64,000 nt of DNA from Eledone cirrhosa (GCA_964016885.1 OZ024747.1:76570001-76634000); one strand, 5' to 3'. Shown: positions 1-14,906, numbered from the stretch's first letter. Translations and numbers: made by a program. The notes: generated by a model from the letters alone, not told the origin.

Positions 1-62
1 TGAAATAAAGTGTTTTGCTCAAGAACATAACACACCTCCCAGTCCAGGAATCGAACCGACGA
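1..62 (-). mobile_element. CORE-like tRNA-derived SINE fragment
   Basis: Minus strand reads GGTTCGATTCC (B box) followed by ...ttcttgagcaaaacactttatttca, shared with the copies at 8030 and 48600. Confidence 0.6.
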
Positions 63-1111
63 CACTAAAACAACAACTGGAAAATATATGAAGATAAGAT
101 CTAAGACACCCTCATGCCTTCTAATAAGTGGTAATGGAGGTAAATCTAAACGGGAATGAAATAAAAGTCTCCTCAAGCCGGGACTTATCCTCGGTTTTCG
201 TTGGCTTTAAGCGACAGAAGGTACAAGACTCTCCCTAGACAAGAGATCGGTCTATCGCAGTAGAAACCAATAGGTTAATATATAGTAAACAGCGTAGAAA
301 TTTATTAAATCTGTATCAATCAGATTGTATGACAGAAATGGGAAACACAAACCACCAAAATCTAATTTTAAGCAGTAGTTGCTATTGTTACTATTTACGT
401 TATCGTTCCTTATCAAATGTATTTCTGAATTGAATAAACATTTGTGAGCGATGCGTTGATATTAACTCGCGGGGTTGTAATGGTTATTTCTAGAATTTCA
501 ACTTTGTCTCACGCCCACGGTGACTTACAATACCACTCTATAATTAAAAGCTCTACTACTACTACTACTACTACTGTAGAATTTAATTATCTCCAGAAAA
601 TGCAGTAGAGAAATCCCGACATGTTTAGCTCTAATTCTGAACCTTGACCTCAACTGTGACGAGTGAATCTGTATGACCATTTACTATTGTAGAAAATTAG
701 AATTCTTTGGCGTCTTTCAGGCATATGCCTTTGAATATACATACATAAATATCATTATTTCTGAACTGATACGAAATTAACTTCGCAAGATTGAAATAAT
801 TGCGTTTTTGGTTACATTTTTCAAAGGTGATTTTTGCTAAGGCAAACCTTATCACGAGCTGTTTCATTGGATATTATAAATATATATTTTTATGTTCTAT
901 CATTGACATACATATAAACCACATCCAATGACTAGCAATTATGTAAACAAGATAAAACATGGCAATAAAACTGGTCACTAGTTTTGTATTTATTTCAATT
1001 TGAAATTCATACGAATATGTTTATCAACCACAATCTTTAGTTAAAATTAAAATACTGTAGTAATAATTGCTATTAGTTTATTATTATTGTACAAATTTCT
1101 GTATAAATAAT

Positions 1112-1300
1112 TGTTTCTACGTTAGGCACAAGGCCAGCAATTAACCAGTGCATTACTGGTACTTTATTTTATCGACCCCGTAAGGATGAAAGGCAAAGTT
1201 AACCTCGGCGGGATTTGAACTCAGAATGGCAAGGGCCGTAACTCTATACGTCAAAGCATGGCGTCCAACCCTCTACCAATACTGCCAATCCACCGCCATT
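1112..1300 (-). mobile_element. tRNA-derived SINE family A, full length with 17-bp target-site duplication
   Basis: A box TGGCAGTATTGG, B box GAGTTCAAATCC, body ccgaggttaactttgcctttcatcc...ggggtcgataaaataaagtaccagt; direct repeat atttctgtataaataat at 1095-1111 and 1301-1317. Confidence 0.85.
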
Positions 1301-1485
1301 ATTTCTGTATAAATAATAATTGTTGTTTTAATTTGATGCATATTTTATGACTTGCATCTATTATTATTAATTTAGTGAAGGATATTTAAGATAACGTACT
1401 CTAGCCGAATTATACATTGTGTATAAATTATTAAAATATCTATTATTTTATTATTAGTCCTGTATATTTATGGAGAAATATAAGG

Positions 1486-1809
1486 TTGTTGTTACTGGAT
1501 TGAGGGTGGTGGTGGTGTTGTTGTTCTTTTTGTTGTTGTTGTTGTTGGTGGTGATGGTGGTGTTAGTGGTGGTGGAGGTGGTGGTAGTGGTGGTGGTGGT
1601 GATAAGGGTGATGGATGTTGTTCTGGTGATGGTGGTGGTGTGGTGTTAGTGGTACTGGTGGTGGTGATGGTGTTAGTGATAGTGGTGGTGTTAGTGGTAC
1701 TAATGGTGGTGCTGGTGTTAGCGGTGATGATGCTGGTGATGCTGGTGTGTATTTCATCGATTAAATAAACAATAATCACATTGTATTGTTATACATAGTT
1801 GTTGTATTG

Positions 1810-1879
<70 letters not shown>

Positions 1880-1892
1880 ACGCAGCAGTAGC

Positions 1893-1948
<56 letters not shown>

Positions 1949-1958
1949 CAGCAGTAGC

Positions 1959-1993
<35 letters not shown>
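1486..1993. repeat. Compound (GGT/GTT)n and (GTA)n microsatellites
   Basis: Seen directly. Confidence 0.95.
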
Positions 1994-2315
1994 AAGGATC
2001 ATCGCCATTAATAAAAACTACTATAAATATGGTTACGGCTAAAGTCTAAAAGTCTAAAGAATGTCTTTAGTCCGGGGACTCATCGTGCCGGAATTTATCC
2101 CAGGTTTTATGGCGTAAACCAACAAAGTTCTTGGCATTAAATATGTTAGTAGTTATATAAATACTACTACTACTACTATTACTACTACTGTTAAATATTT
2201 CAATTTTTTGTAGCCTCCGTGCATTGGAACCTTGTATTTATGGTTGGTTAACCCTTCAAAGTTTACTGCTTTTCCAGGTTTAGTGTACATATATATATAT
2301 ATGTGTGTAAGTTTA

Positions 2316-2350
<35 letters not shown>

Positions 2351-2847
2351 ACTAGAAATTGATTAACATATAAATAAACATGAATAATCACAGGAGATAA
2401 TTTTTACAAGTGTGTAAGCACACATGGCTAGGTTGGTAACTAAATAAAGTTAACTAGAACTTCAAAAATAGATACCTTATAATATGATTAATCTTCCCTG
2501 TATATATTCCATTAAAGAAATATATTTCACCAATTAATCGAATGGTAAACCACGGATGCCGATACTTGGATTTTCAACAAGGAAGAGGTTTCAGCGATCT
2601 ATGATTACACTTTAAGTTCAAATCAGCGACTGGCCAGCAACACGTGCTGTATCTACTAGAAATACACACATCATACCAGCTTCGTCCCAGTGGCGTGAAT
2701 ATGGTTATCGACAACTAGAAACAGCAGTCAAGTCCTTTCAACAGAGTTAGCTCTACAATTAAGGAGCCGTATTTATATATATATATATATATTAACATTC
2801 ATATATGTATGTATGTATATATATATTAACATTCATATATATATATG

Positions 2848-2960
<113 letters not shown>

Positions 2961-3764
2961 GTGTGTGTGTATGTGATAAAATATGTGCGTTTCCGCATAT
3001 ATATATACTCAAGTGCGAAAATATGTATGCATGCTCTCTACACGATGATTTTCGTATATACACTCGTAATCTCCATAACAATATAGGTGGCACACGTCAC
3101 GAACATAAGTCTGTATGTAACAGCATTATATACTTCACACATACATATACATACACACACATATATATATACAGGCATATAATATCCATAAAGGCAACTG
3201 CAAAGAATCACCTACATACATATTCATAATACACACGTATGCACAAAAAGGCCTGCATATACAAAACAAATACACATAAGTATACGCACATGAATATGTA
3301 GATGGCTTTGTTGATTTCATTACCGGCGACACCAACCTCTATTCCTTCCTGTTAAGACTTTGGAATGAATGTAGGAAGGAATTAACATTGGTCTTGAATT
3401 GAATTTCTCTGCGTGTGTTTTGTTGCTATGAAAATATTTTCAAATTCATGAATAACTGTATACATTTACCATTTAGTACCGAACGGAAATCTGCATCTCT
3501 ATAATGAAAAGAAATTGTTTCCGACAATATGCTTTACTTATCTCGTTACTACAACATGATTTATGAATTTTTATTTGTATATACGCTTTCATTCAACTAA
3601 TGTATATGGACTATAAATTGCATTAAATTGTTTCTATTGAAACTGGAATTGTAAATATACTTGGCCTTGCTTTATACATGAACATTGCAAGAAAGGGTGA
3701 AAGTTTTTCTTTAAAATCTTAGAGAACAAATGGTGTTCCTTTCAAACTGTATTATAATTATTTC

Positions 3765-3985
3765 TAATTTAAGCACAAGACCCCCTCCCCCCAGTAACTC
3801 TACGGGTGAGGGAGGGGAATGCCGAACACATTGATTCCAGTACTCGACTGCATCTTTATTTTGTCAACCCCGAAAAAATTAAAAAAGTTGACCACGTCGT
3901 GAGTTAAATTCAGAATAAGTGCCCGAATTATAAGGAAAAACTCTTTACTCTGTGTTGCACTCACAATTCTACCAATTCTTCACCA
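3765..3985 (-). mobile_element. SINE family A, diverged copy
   Basis: tttattttgtcaaccccgaaaa...aaagttgaccacgtcg matches the family A body. Confidence 0.55.
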
Positions 3986-4194
3986 TTTCCATATTATTTA
4001 TTCATGTGAACAATGGTGAAAAAAGGAAAAGAACATAGTATATAATGATTCATAACTGTCAAAGAGAATTCATATTCCGCAATTATTTTTCTGAAAATAT
4101 TTCTTCCAACATTTGTTTCTGCGATTGATATTATTCTATCCTGTCTACTAAATGTATGGACACGGTGTTGGCTATGTTGACTATAATTGACTAC

Positions 4195-4390
4195 AATCAT
4201 CGGGAAGTTGCGAGTTCGATTCCCAGACTGGGTGGTGCGCTATGCCACTGAGCAAGACCCTTTACTCTGCGATGCTCTTTCTGCCAGGAAATAGTATCAA
4301 CAATGGAAAGACCAATGAAAACATTGTTTCCTTGGTCCAATTTGACACGGTCAACCCCACTCGGTAACCGAATGAAGTCTGGTATCTTAA
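4195..4390 (+). mobile_element. CORE-like SINE, diverged
   Basis: B box gagttcgattccc followed by ctgagcaagaccctttact. Confidence 0.55.
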
Positions 4391-5861
4391 CAATCTATTC
4401 CTATATTTGCTGTTGTTGTTGGTGTTTATTAACCTAATGTCATTCATTATAGAGTTGATCTCTGATCAACGCCGTTCTAGTCCTGATTATCTCCACTTAT
4501 TTTCAATCATATTCAATCTATGACTACATTATCCAATGTTTTATGGTCTGCTTGTTTCTAACGACAGAGCGTGAATTAAGTGAGATTTGACCGGTATGTC
4601 TCGCAGGGTGACAAATACCCCCAAATCGTCATAAATCACTATGACCCCCTACGATCCCATGAGGAGTTTATCATATCCCAGTGTTGAATTTATTTTGTTT
4701 TACTAATTGTGTTGAGATACACTCATATACATGGTGCACAGAAACAACTTTATATATTGTTTAATAAAACTTAATGAAGCAGATGTGGGTTTATAATGTT
4801 CCTTCTAAGCTACATAACACCAGCCTGATTATCCTGCCATAGATTCCATTTCCTAGAAAAGCAGCCTCGATATCGTGACGTTGTCGGTCAGCTGCAAGTG
4901 ACCTATTAATTTGATGATCTCCATTGAGCAGAAAACCGACCATATAAAATGTACATTTTAAGACATTATTTATTCAGAATCAAAATCAGCTCTGTTGGAA
5001 TTCTTCATGTAACCTCTTCAGTGAGAGCCTGAACTATGTTAATTAATAACGAAAAGGAATTCAACCTGAATTCACAATTATTTCCTTAACATTTTCGAAG
5101 CAATAGAATTTAAGATGTCATTCTATGATATCACATCTGACATCTAATAAGCCAAACACATGGTGGAATAGAGCAGTTGTCTCTAAATTCATATATATAG
5201 TTCTGTATTAACCAACAGTTTGAACGGCTTGACGAAAAGTCATAGATGTTTGATGACATCTAGGCAGAGAGTCTCAAGAAATATTGTGGATAATATTTAA
5301 TTGGTAATTACTTCAGCTTCCGATATTGTCGTGTGTAATTTATCAAGGGAATATCCAATATACTCTGGACGACTGAATCTAGAGGTCAGTGAACATTAGC
5401 TATTAATATGTACTAAAGCTGACTAACATATTACGGTGTATTTAATAGCAACCGCAACAAGCTGAGGCTCGGGCTGAAGTGTTGGATAATATAAGGATTG
5501 CCAAAGGCCATTGACTAGACATGTCTATAACAACATCCTCTTTTGGACAATCCCAACTGCATTAAAAGAAATATTATAAATAACAATCAGAGAATTGTTA
5601 ATAAAACGTAATCAGATAGAATCTGTCTATTAGTAGAGGGCATTATATTGACAGATACGAATCTTGCGCGCACCTACTCACACATATATACACACACATA
5701 CACACCCACTCACATACACACACACACATACACACCCACTCACATACACACATACATACACACTCACACATACATACACACACAAAAAAACACATTCAAA
5801 ACAGAATAGAAAATAGACGTAAAAATGGAATCATTAAAGATGCGAGAAATATATATCTAAA

Positions 5862-5960
5862 ATAATTGTTCCTACTTATGACACAAGGCAAGCAATTACT
5901 CCAGTGCATTACTGGTACTTTATTTTATCGACTCCGAAAGGATGAAAGGCCAAGTTAATC
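5862..5960 (-). mobile_element. SINE family A 3' fragment
   Basis: cattactggtactttattttatcgactccgaaaggatgaaaggc. Confidence 0.7.
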
Positions 5961-6499
5961 CAAAATAATTCCAATTATTTTCTAACAACACTGTTAATAC
6001 TGAATTAGCTCTTAAAGAGTCTACTGAAAATAAAGATGAAGAATTTCATGGTGTCTTTTTCAGAATATAGAATATAGCAAGAGAAGCGCAGTTCATGTTA
6101 TAGGAAAAGTTAGTGATGTAATCAATATAGAATACAGCGTTAATGTGACACCTGAGGACTGATTTAAAATATTACTGCGAACTAACAACACACCAGAGTC
6201 ATTGAAAAACCCACAATTGAACTGTGAGAAAAAATAATAATAGTGAAGATAGTTTATTGGAGAAAATATTTTTGTTAACTATGTTTTTAATAGATCATAT
6301 ACAAATAATGCTGTTCGATTTGTGTTGTTGTCAGTTGAATTGCAGTGAAACCTATAAGTCAATATTAAAAGTTCTTCAATATATTGTTCTCTCAAAACTT
6401 TGTTTCGCCGATTTTTCACAAAATCAATTTGCTTTATCGAACATGCATTTTAGTTTCATTTTCTATTTACAAGCACATGTATGAACAAAGACAGACATG

Positions 6500-6530
6500 T
6501 ACACACACACACGTATATACACCTATATAT

Positions 6531-6607
<77 letters not shown>

Positions 6608-6636
6608 ATAAAGTATGTCCATAGAATCATATATAC

Positions 6637-6703
<67 letters not shown>

Positions 6704-7173
6704 AGTGTGTATGTATACATATATATATATGCATATATATATATATATATATACATATATATATGCATATAAAAATATACTTGTATATTCAAATATTTAT
6801 ATTTATATACCTTATGTGTATATATATATATATATATATATACATAAGGAATATAAATATATATATTTATATATATATATTTATATATATATATGCATGT
6901 GTGTGTGCTTGTATGTGTCTGTGTATGTGTCTGTATCTATGTAGCTGTGTGTATGAGCGTGTGTGTAGTTTCCTTAAGCATTGTTGTAAGTTTTCAGCAG
7001 GTATTTATAAATCGTGGCAAGCAGTCTGTATTTTGGGTGAGAATTAAACACTAGAACGAGGTTATATATGCATACATGCGTGTATGCAAACATACATTAC
7101 AAATATATATGTGTATATGTCCCTGTATATATATATATATCTGTGTGTATATGTATATATATATATATAAATA

Positions 7174-7231
<58 letters not shown>

Positions 7232-7241
7232 TATACGTATG

Positions 7242-7289
<48 letters not shown>

Positions 7290-7315
7290 GTATATATATA
7301 TATATTTATATATAA

Positions 7316-7346
<31 letters not shown>

Positions 7347-7382
7347 TATATATAAATATATATATATGTATATATATATACG

Positions 7383-7429
<47 letters not shown>

Positions 7430-7433
7430 GTAT

Positions 7434-7529
<96 letters not shown>

Positions 7530-7550
7530 GTATATATATATGTATATATG

Positions 7551-7616
<66 letters not shown>

Positions 7617-7679
7617 CGTACATATATATATGTATATATATATATATACGTATATATATATATACGTATATATATATAC

Positions 7680-7748
<69 letters not shown>

Positions 7749-7770
7749 TGTGTGTGTGTACGTGTGTGAG
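6500..7770. repeat. Long (TA)n and (TATG)n-interrupted microsatellite block
   Basis: Seen directly; source of the poly-IY ORFs. Confidence 0.95.
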
Positions 7771-8029
7771 GGATTGTGCCAGCAGAGGAAGCAAGTGAGC
7801 GAGAGAAAGGAGGGAATCATGGAAACAGAACTGAGATATTATAGGTTTTTTCTTGTTTATCCAATCAATTCCAGAAATCGAGAAATTTTCCCGAAGGCGA
7901 TAGAAAATAGTAAGCACTAAAAACTATGAGAATTGATCTTGAATTAAAACCATAAAATACATCTTAATGTGCTTGTTTCTGCTTCTGTACGTCTTTATAT
8001 ATATATATGAACACGTACGCATGTATGTG

Positions 8030-8160
8030 ACGGCGTATGTCTTCGTGGTTGGAGCGTTAGGCTTGCAGTTCTTGAGGTTGTGAGTTCGATTCTTGAGCAA
8101 GACACTTTATTTTACGTTGCCCTATTTTACCCAGCTGTAGAAATGTGTTGCGACCCCGAG
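8030..8160 (+). mobile_element. CORE-like SINE
   Basis: gtgagttcgattcttgagcaagacactttattttacgttgcc...cccagctgtagaaatg. Confidence 0.65.
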
Positions 8161-8606
8161 AGAGAGAAAGAGAGAGATCGGTTATTGATGCTAGGCGAAG
8201 TACCTTCACGATTGTTTTAACTTTCAGTGTTCTTCTAATATGTTTCTTTAGTTATTTGAGATCTGTGAACTGATTTCAAATTGTGGACAGATGCTCATTT
8301 TGTTTACGGTGAACCTCAAAGAGGTCGCTTCCTCTGATGCATGACAGATAAAACCTAACGCTTTACACCACTAACAACATATAGAGTCATTCCAACTTAA
8401 TCTTTCTAGCAAGCTGATGTGTTTGGTTGAGTGAAGTATTCCTGGTCGAGTAGAAATAAACTTCGGGTGTGTAATCTTTGCTTATCTCACATATTTTAAC
8501 AGTCACGTATACACACACATACATGCATGTATATATAAATAAATATATATATATGTATATATATATATACTCATATATATTCACATATATATACACATAT
8601 ATATAT

Positions 8607-8859
<253 letters not shown>

Positions 8860-9419
8860 TAGATAGATAGATAGATAGATAGATAAATATATAGATAGAC
8901 AGATGGATAGATAGATAAATATATTAAAGGTAGTCATTCATTGACACCACACAGACACTGTACAATAGCCTTTATAGTGACTGACTTAAAGACAATTAGA
9001 TTATTACTGGATACTGAAAGAACAAAGAAAAGAAAACACTTGTCATTGAGAATGTTTCGAAAATTGATAAGGTTAATGTTCTAATAGCGACTGAAAGATG
9101 TCTACCATTCTTCTGTACCTATACTATTAAGAGACGAACGAATTGAAGAAGCAGGAATAGAATAAGTTGTAAAATATATATGAAAGAAGAAGAAGAAGAA
9201 GAAGAAGAAAAAAGACGGAAATGAATTCGTACTAATCTTTATTAGTAATCAGATTGACTTTCTTCTAAAGAGATCAAAGTAGATTCTTGTAAAAGATTAA
9301 GAGTTTGACTGTAGCCGACGGCGGTGGGTGGGGGAGGAGATAAGCAAATAAATAAATAAATAAATAAGGTGTCGCTTTCTGCTTTAAAGAGTTGAGTTGA
9401 TTTAAGTGAGAGAATTCCG

Positions 9420-9600
9420 GTCCATTGGCAGTATCGGTAGAGGGTTGGACGCTTTCTAGCATAGTTACGTCCCTTTACAGTCTGAGTTCAAATCCCGCCG
9501 AGGTTAACTTTGCCTTTAATCCTTACGGGGTCGATAAAATAAAGTACCAGTAATGTATTGGGTAATTGCTGGTCTTGTGCCTAAAATAGAAACAATTATT
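9420..9600 (+). mobile_element. SINE family A
   Basis: ttggcagtatcggtagag...gagttcaaatcccgccgaggttaactttgcc...tagaaacaattatt. Confidence 0.85.
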
Positions 9601-9778
9601 TAGTTATGACACCAGTTACGAGGAAGATGGAATGGAGGTTGTGTTGGAGGGATTATGTGAGGGGGTCAAATAGGTAAATATATGTGTGGAGGGGGGGGGT
9701 ATGTGTATATATGTGTATGTCATGTATATCTACATGTACACGTAATATATAAATACACAAACACACACACACACATAT

Positions 9779-9809
<31 letters not shown>

Positions 9810-9838
9810 TGTATATATTCATACACACACACACACAA

Positions 9839-9869
<31 letters not shown>

Positions 9870-9877
9870 CATATATA

Positions 9878-10042
9878 GAATAAGAGAAAGCGAAGTAGTT
9901 TCAGATGTTAAAGTCCTTAATCATTAAAGGACTTTAACATCTGAAACTACTTCGCTTTTTCTTATTCGATATATACTCCGTCACTCCTGTGGAAAAAGTA
10001 CGTTGAGTGCTTGAATTGAATTGCATCAATATTTACCTTAAG
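9878..10042 (+). mobile_element. PLE-like 3' remnant with 41-bp fold-back and degenerate HHR-like core
   Basis: Arms 9878-9918 and 9927-9967 match at 40 of 41 positions; flanked by (TA)n. Confidence 0.55.
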
Positions 10043-10089
10043 TATATATATATATATATTATATATATATAAATATACATATATATATA

Positions 10090-10147
10090 TTACTCTTTTA
10101 CCTGTTCCAGCCATCTGGCTGAGGCCATGCTGGGGTACCGTCCTTAA
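10090..10147 (-). mobile_element. CR1-type LINE/SINE 3' tail
   Basis: gacggtaccccagcatggcctcagccagatggctggaac matches the 3' UTR of the LINE fragment at 53261-53433 at 31 of 39 positions. Confidence 0.7.
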
Positions 10148-10154
10148 ACAGTAA

Positions 10155-10438
<284 letters not shown>

Positions 10439-10617
10439 GATAAAACATTTGTGGAGTGAGAGATTGTAAAAGGGAGAGAAAAATGATTTTCAAAAAATAA
10501 CTGAAAAAAATAATCTAATCTACAGTAACAGAGATTGATAAAGAGAGGACAACAGATAAAAGGCGGAAGCGACAGGAGACAAACAAAAGAGATTTGGAAA
10601 GGACAGTGAATTTGTGG

Positions 10618-10668
<51 letters not shown>

Positions 10669-11702
10669 GTAAAGAGGATAGAGAAGGGAGAAAGGGAGAT
10701 ATACAAGGAAAATAGTTGAAGAAAGAGAAAAGATATAGAAAGAGAGAAATGAGAGATTTTGGTAACGAAAGAAACAATATGAAAATAAAAGTGATATCAA
10801 AACATCAACTCAAATCATAAAACAACAAACTAGAGAAAACCATAATGTAGACAAATTTAAATTGTACTCCAGCCGGAATAAATATCGATACAAAGGTAAA
10901 CTCGATTGGTTTCAATATTGGGATGAACGAAGAAGAAATATATAATGTATTAGTAACTACATTTTTCCTGTCTCAAAACATATTTATGTTCTTACAGATA
11001 AGTATATTGTCTGGAATGGGATTTTTTTAGTTGGTTTTTGTTGGTTTTTGTTTGATATTTTCACTCATGTTAACGACAGTGAATTGTTAGGTGGATGGAT
11101 AGATAATAGATGTTGAAGGAGTAAATATATATAGGATCTATGTTTTATTTGAGAAGTAGAAGACGTTTATTTATGTCATTAACATATTTATGAGTGGCGT
11201 CTGTCTATTATTTCTGTTCTATATTGCATATCAAACCATCTTTAAACGGTTCTGATATCAGGATTTTCAGGATTTTCTATGGGAAGTGGTTGCTAAACCC
11301 TCATCCACAGTACTCTATTTTCTCGGGAGAAAACAGCACGTTGTGAGTAGTTTCCCACGAGAGTTTCTCACGGCAAAACCTTGCAAATTCTCAGAAGGAG
11401 TGACTGTGGGAAACAGAGACACGGTCAAGCACACGGACAGTTTACCGACCCCGAAACTTTGAAGGGAAAATTTGACATAGGGTAGATGGCCTGTGACTCT
11501 GACGAGTTCATACTCCTTTTTTTACAGCTCTTGTTCTTTGTACTTCTGGGGTTCCACTTACCCTCCTCACTGGGTCTACTATACAATAGAAATCAAAGAC
11601 AAACGTTCACTCAAAGTTATATACAAAACTCGGGAATATCAACGAAGAGCAGTAGTTCCAAAACTTGTTGTAGTGCGGAATACTTGTATTGTTTTCTAAA
11701 AC

Positions 11703-11895
11703 CGCGGTGGATTCGCAGTATCGGTAGAATGTCGGACGCCACGCTTTGCAGAATAGAGTTACGACCCTTACCATTCTGAGTTCAAATCCTGCCGAGGTTA
11801 ACTTTGCCTTTCATCCTTACGTGGTCGATAAAATAAAGTACCAGTAATGCACTGGGGTAATTGCTGACCTTGTGCCAAAAGTAGAAACAATTATT
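11703..11895 (+). mobile_element. SINE family A
   Basis: Head gcggtggattcgcagtatcggtag, B box, family A body and tail. Confidence 0.85.
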
Positions 11896-12074
11896 TGCAA
11901 AAACCGTGGAGCTCGTGACAAACTCCATGGACAAACCGCATCACTGTGATTTTACTAATTTCTTTAGAGAGAATTAATTAATATAAGAAAACATATCTTT
12001 TAATTAAATTTTATTACAAAGTATATTATCATCTTGTGAAAGATACTTGGTATATATAAACTTATATAGAGACT

Positions 12075-12415
12075 GTATGTATGCATGAGCCCATAACTCC
12101 TGGGGAGACGTTAGGTCATCTCATTGACATACGGCGTTTCTTGGACATTTCTAAACCTGGCGGAGCCCATCTCCACCCCACGTTTGAATACAGCAGATTT
12201 CTTCCAGAGAAAGATAGAGAGTGAGACTATGGAAGTGAGAAAGAGATATAGAGGAAGAATCGACCCTAATACTTGACTGGAACATTTCTTATCGACCTCG
12301 GAAGGGTGAAAGGCAAAGTTGACCACGGCGGGATTTGAACTGAACTCAGAGAGCAGAAAGCTGAAACAAATAGCGTAAATCACTCTATCCGACATTCTAA
12401 TGACTTTGCTAATCT
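12075..12415 (-). mobile_element. SINE family B (family A head, different tail ending in CATA repeats)
   Basis: Sense tail ggctccgccaggtttagaaatgtcc...ggagttatgggctcatgcatacatac; homologous to copies at 28785, 40955 and 56288. Confidence 0.75.
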
Positions 12416-12769
12416 GACAATAATATAGACTCTATATTACAGAGAATATGAAACTAGAATATATATGTCTGATTTGCATTGGTTTTTGATATTTTTTTTT
12501 ACCTTCTTTCAATCAACAAATCAGAATTACAATAATGTTTTGTTTGTTTTATATATTTGTTTGTTTGTTTTATATCTCACCCGAATCTGACTAAATAAAC
12601 ACTCCAATATTTCGTCTTATATTTATTGATTAATTGAATTATATATAAAACTTAATTAAGTAATGTTTCCCTGATTACTATAATCAGCGTAATTAATACC
12701 TGTCCCATTTCAACAGTAAACGATATTGACATTTATTATCTAATTGTAAGCAACATGTAAACATTTTTT

Positions 12770-12841
12770 TCATTCTTCTTCTTCTTCTTCTTCTTCTTCT
12801 TCTTCTTCTTCTTCTTCTTCTTCTTCTCTTTCTTTATCTTC

Positions 12842-12873
<32 letters not shown>

Positions 12874-13018
12874 CTTCTTCTCTTTCTTTTTCTTCTACTT
12901 CTTCTTTTCTTTCTTCTTCTTCTTCTTTTTCTTCTTCTTCTTCTTTTTCTTCTTCTCTTTCTTCTTCTCCTTCTTCTCTTTCTTTCTCTTCTTCTTCTTC
13001 TTCTTCTTCTTCTTCTTC
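12770..13018. repeat. (CTT)n microsatellite
   Basis: Seen directly. Confidence 0.95.
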
Positions 13019-13052
13019 CCTGTTTTTGTTATCACTATCATGAATATTATTA

Positions 13053-13275
13053 TTTGGCAGTATCGTGAGAGCGTCAGACACCATGCTTTGCAGCATAGAG
13101 TTATTGCCTTTTACGTTCTGAGTTCAAATCCCACTGGGGTTAAACTTTGCTTTTCCTCCTTACGGGGTCGATAAACAAAGTACCAGTAACGTACTGAGGT
13201 CGATATAATCGATTTTCCTACCCACCCACCCCCCACCCCCAAATTACTGGCCTTGTGCCTATACTAGAAACCATT
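13053..13275 (+). mobile_element. SINE family A
   Basis: ttggcagtatcgtgagagcg...gagttcaaatccc...ggggtcgataaacaaagtaccagt. Confidence 0.8.
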
Positions 13276-13334
13276 ATTATTGTTGTTGTTGTAGTTGTTT
13301 TTGCTGTTGTTATTATAATTATTATTATTATTAT

Positions 13335-13391
<57 letters not shown>

Positions 13392-13406
13392 CAGCAGCTC
13401 CAGTAC

Positions 13407-13457
<51 letters not shown>

Positions 13458-13473
13458 CAGCAGCAGCAGCTCC

Positions 13474-13507
<34 letters not shown>

Positions 13508-13920
13508 TCATAATCGTTAGACCGTCAGACAAAATAATTTACGGTATTTATTCCGTGGGTTTTTTTTATATATTCTGTGATAAAACCCAGCCGAGAATTA
13601 CTTTGACTTTCATTCTCGAGAGAAATAGAAAATAAAAGTACTAGACTAGAGCTACAATTGATTTAATCGACTCACGCTACAACTTAATATTAGATGAAAC
13701 TGATAAGTTACAACATACAGAAATGAAAGGGGAATTTAGAAACGATTGCAACCCAAGAAATGATGGCTCAGTGATAGAAATAAGTTGATCTGTGTAAATA
13801 CACCAGTCTCCTCATTTACAAACATCAGCTTTAAAATGATAAGCTTGAAATTCAGTGAATTAATATTCTTAAATAGAATGAAAAGCAGAATACAGCTAAC
13901 AGTGTTCGGAAACCAGCACG

Positions 13921-14057
13921 TCGCCACCATAGGCGCTAAGCTGACTACCCACAGGTGTGAGCCTCGCGAACTGGAATGGCTTTTCCAGCGCGTCTCTCTT
14001 GCCGTCCTTCGAGGAAACGCCTTCTCCATTCTGTCAGCCGGGGCTGTGGGGAGGCCA
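13921..14057 (-). repeat. Unclassified GC-rich module of about 137 bp, copy 1
   Basis: About 80% identical by eye to 51739-51874, with unrelated flanks. Confidence 0.75.
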
Positions 14058-14596
14058 CCAATATGATTGACTGACTTGTCATTTTATCAGTAAATATACT
14101 GTGATATACGGTGTGTCCTGAGTATGCAAAACTTAACAGTGCAAATATCGCACGTATACAGAAAAGTGTCACAATATGGACCAGCTTGCTCTTCTTTGTG
14201 AATATAGATATTATATTTAGTGTTATATCTATACGGTATTTCATAAAACTGACCCATCCTGCATTTATGAAATACAGTGTTGATACGAATAGGATACTAC
14301 TACAAAGTAACAATATTGGGACTAGGAAAACAGGCAAAGGTAAGTAAAGAAAAACTGATTAGTTTAAATTGAAACAGGTAGAAAATACGTCTCTGTATAT
14401 ATAGATATTAACTTTAGCTCCATCGTTTACGGGGCTAAATAGTTACAAAAATATAACAAATGAATAAGTGGATGAAGAAAGAATAAAGAATGATAAAGGA
14501 AGTAAGGAATGAAGGAGAAATCTTGGAAGGAAAGAAAGAAATAATGAAGAAAGAAAGAAAGGTAGCTAGCTAGCTAGGTGGATATATATATATATA

Positions 14597-14776
14597 TTAG
14601 AAAGTGAGGTTTTTTTTTACAAAATGAAAAATAACCGAGGTGTCCTACACGAGTGAAAGTATAAAGAAAAAAGATGAAATCGAAAATGCAACTGGAGTCT
14701 TATTTAAAAAAAAAACAAATAAATATATATATATATTTTTAAATAAGACTCCAGTTGCATTTTCGATTTCATCTTT
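14597..14776. mobile_element. (TA)n-embedded element end with 41-bp inverted repeat, PLE-like
   Basis: Arms 14670-14710 and 14736-14776; terminal ttagaaagtgaggtt recurs at about 61351. Confidence 0.5.
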
Positions 14777-14791
14777 ATATATATATATATA

Positions 14792-14906
<115 letters not shown>

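Noticed and set aside
6523-7920. Poly-IY, MYVC, poly-L and poly-V ORFs here and throughout the window
   Set aside because: Microsatellite artefacts
14091-14345. Possible exon with strong AAG/GTAAGT donor
   Set aside because: Stops in all three frames just after the candidate acceptor and no recognisable protein; a non-coding exon cannot be excluded
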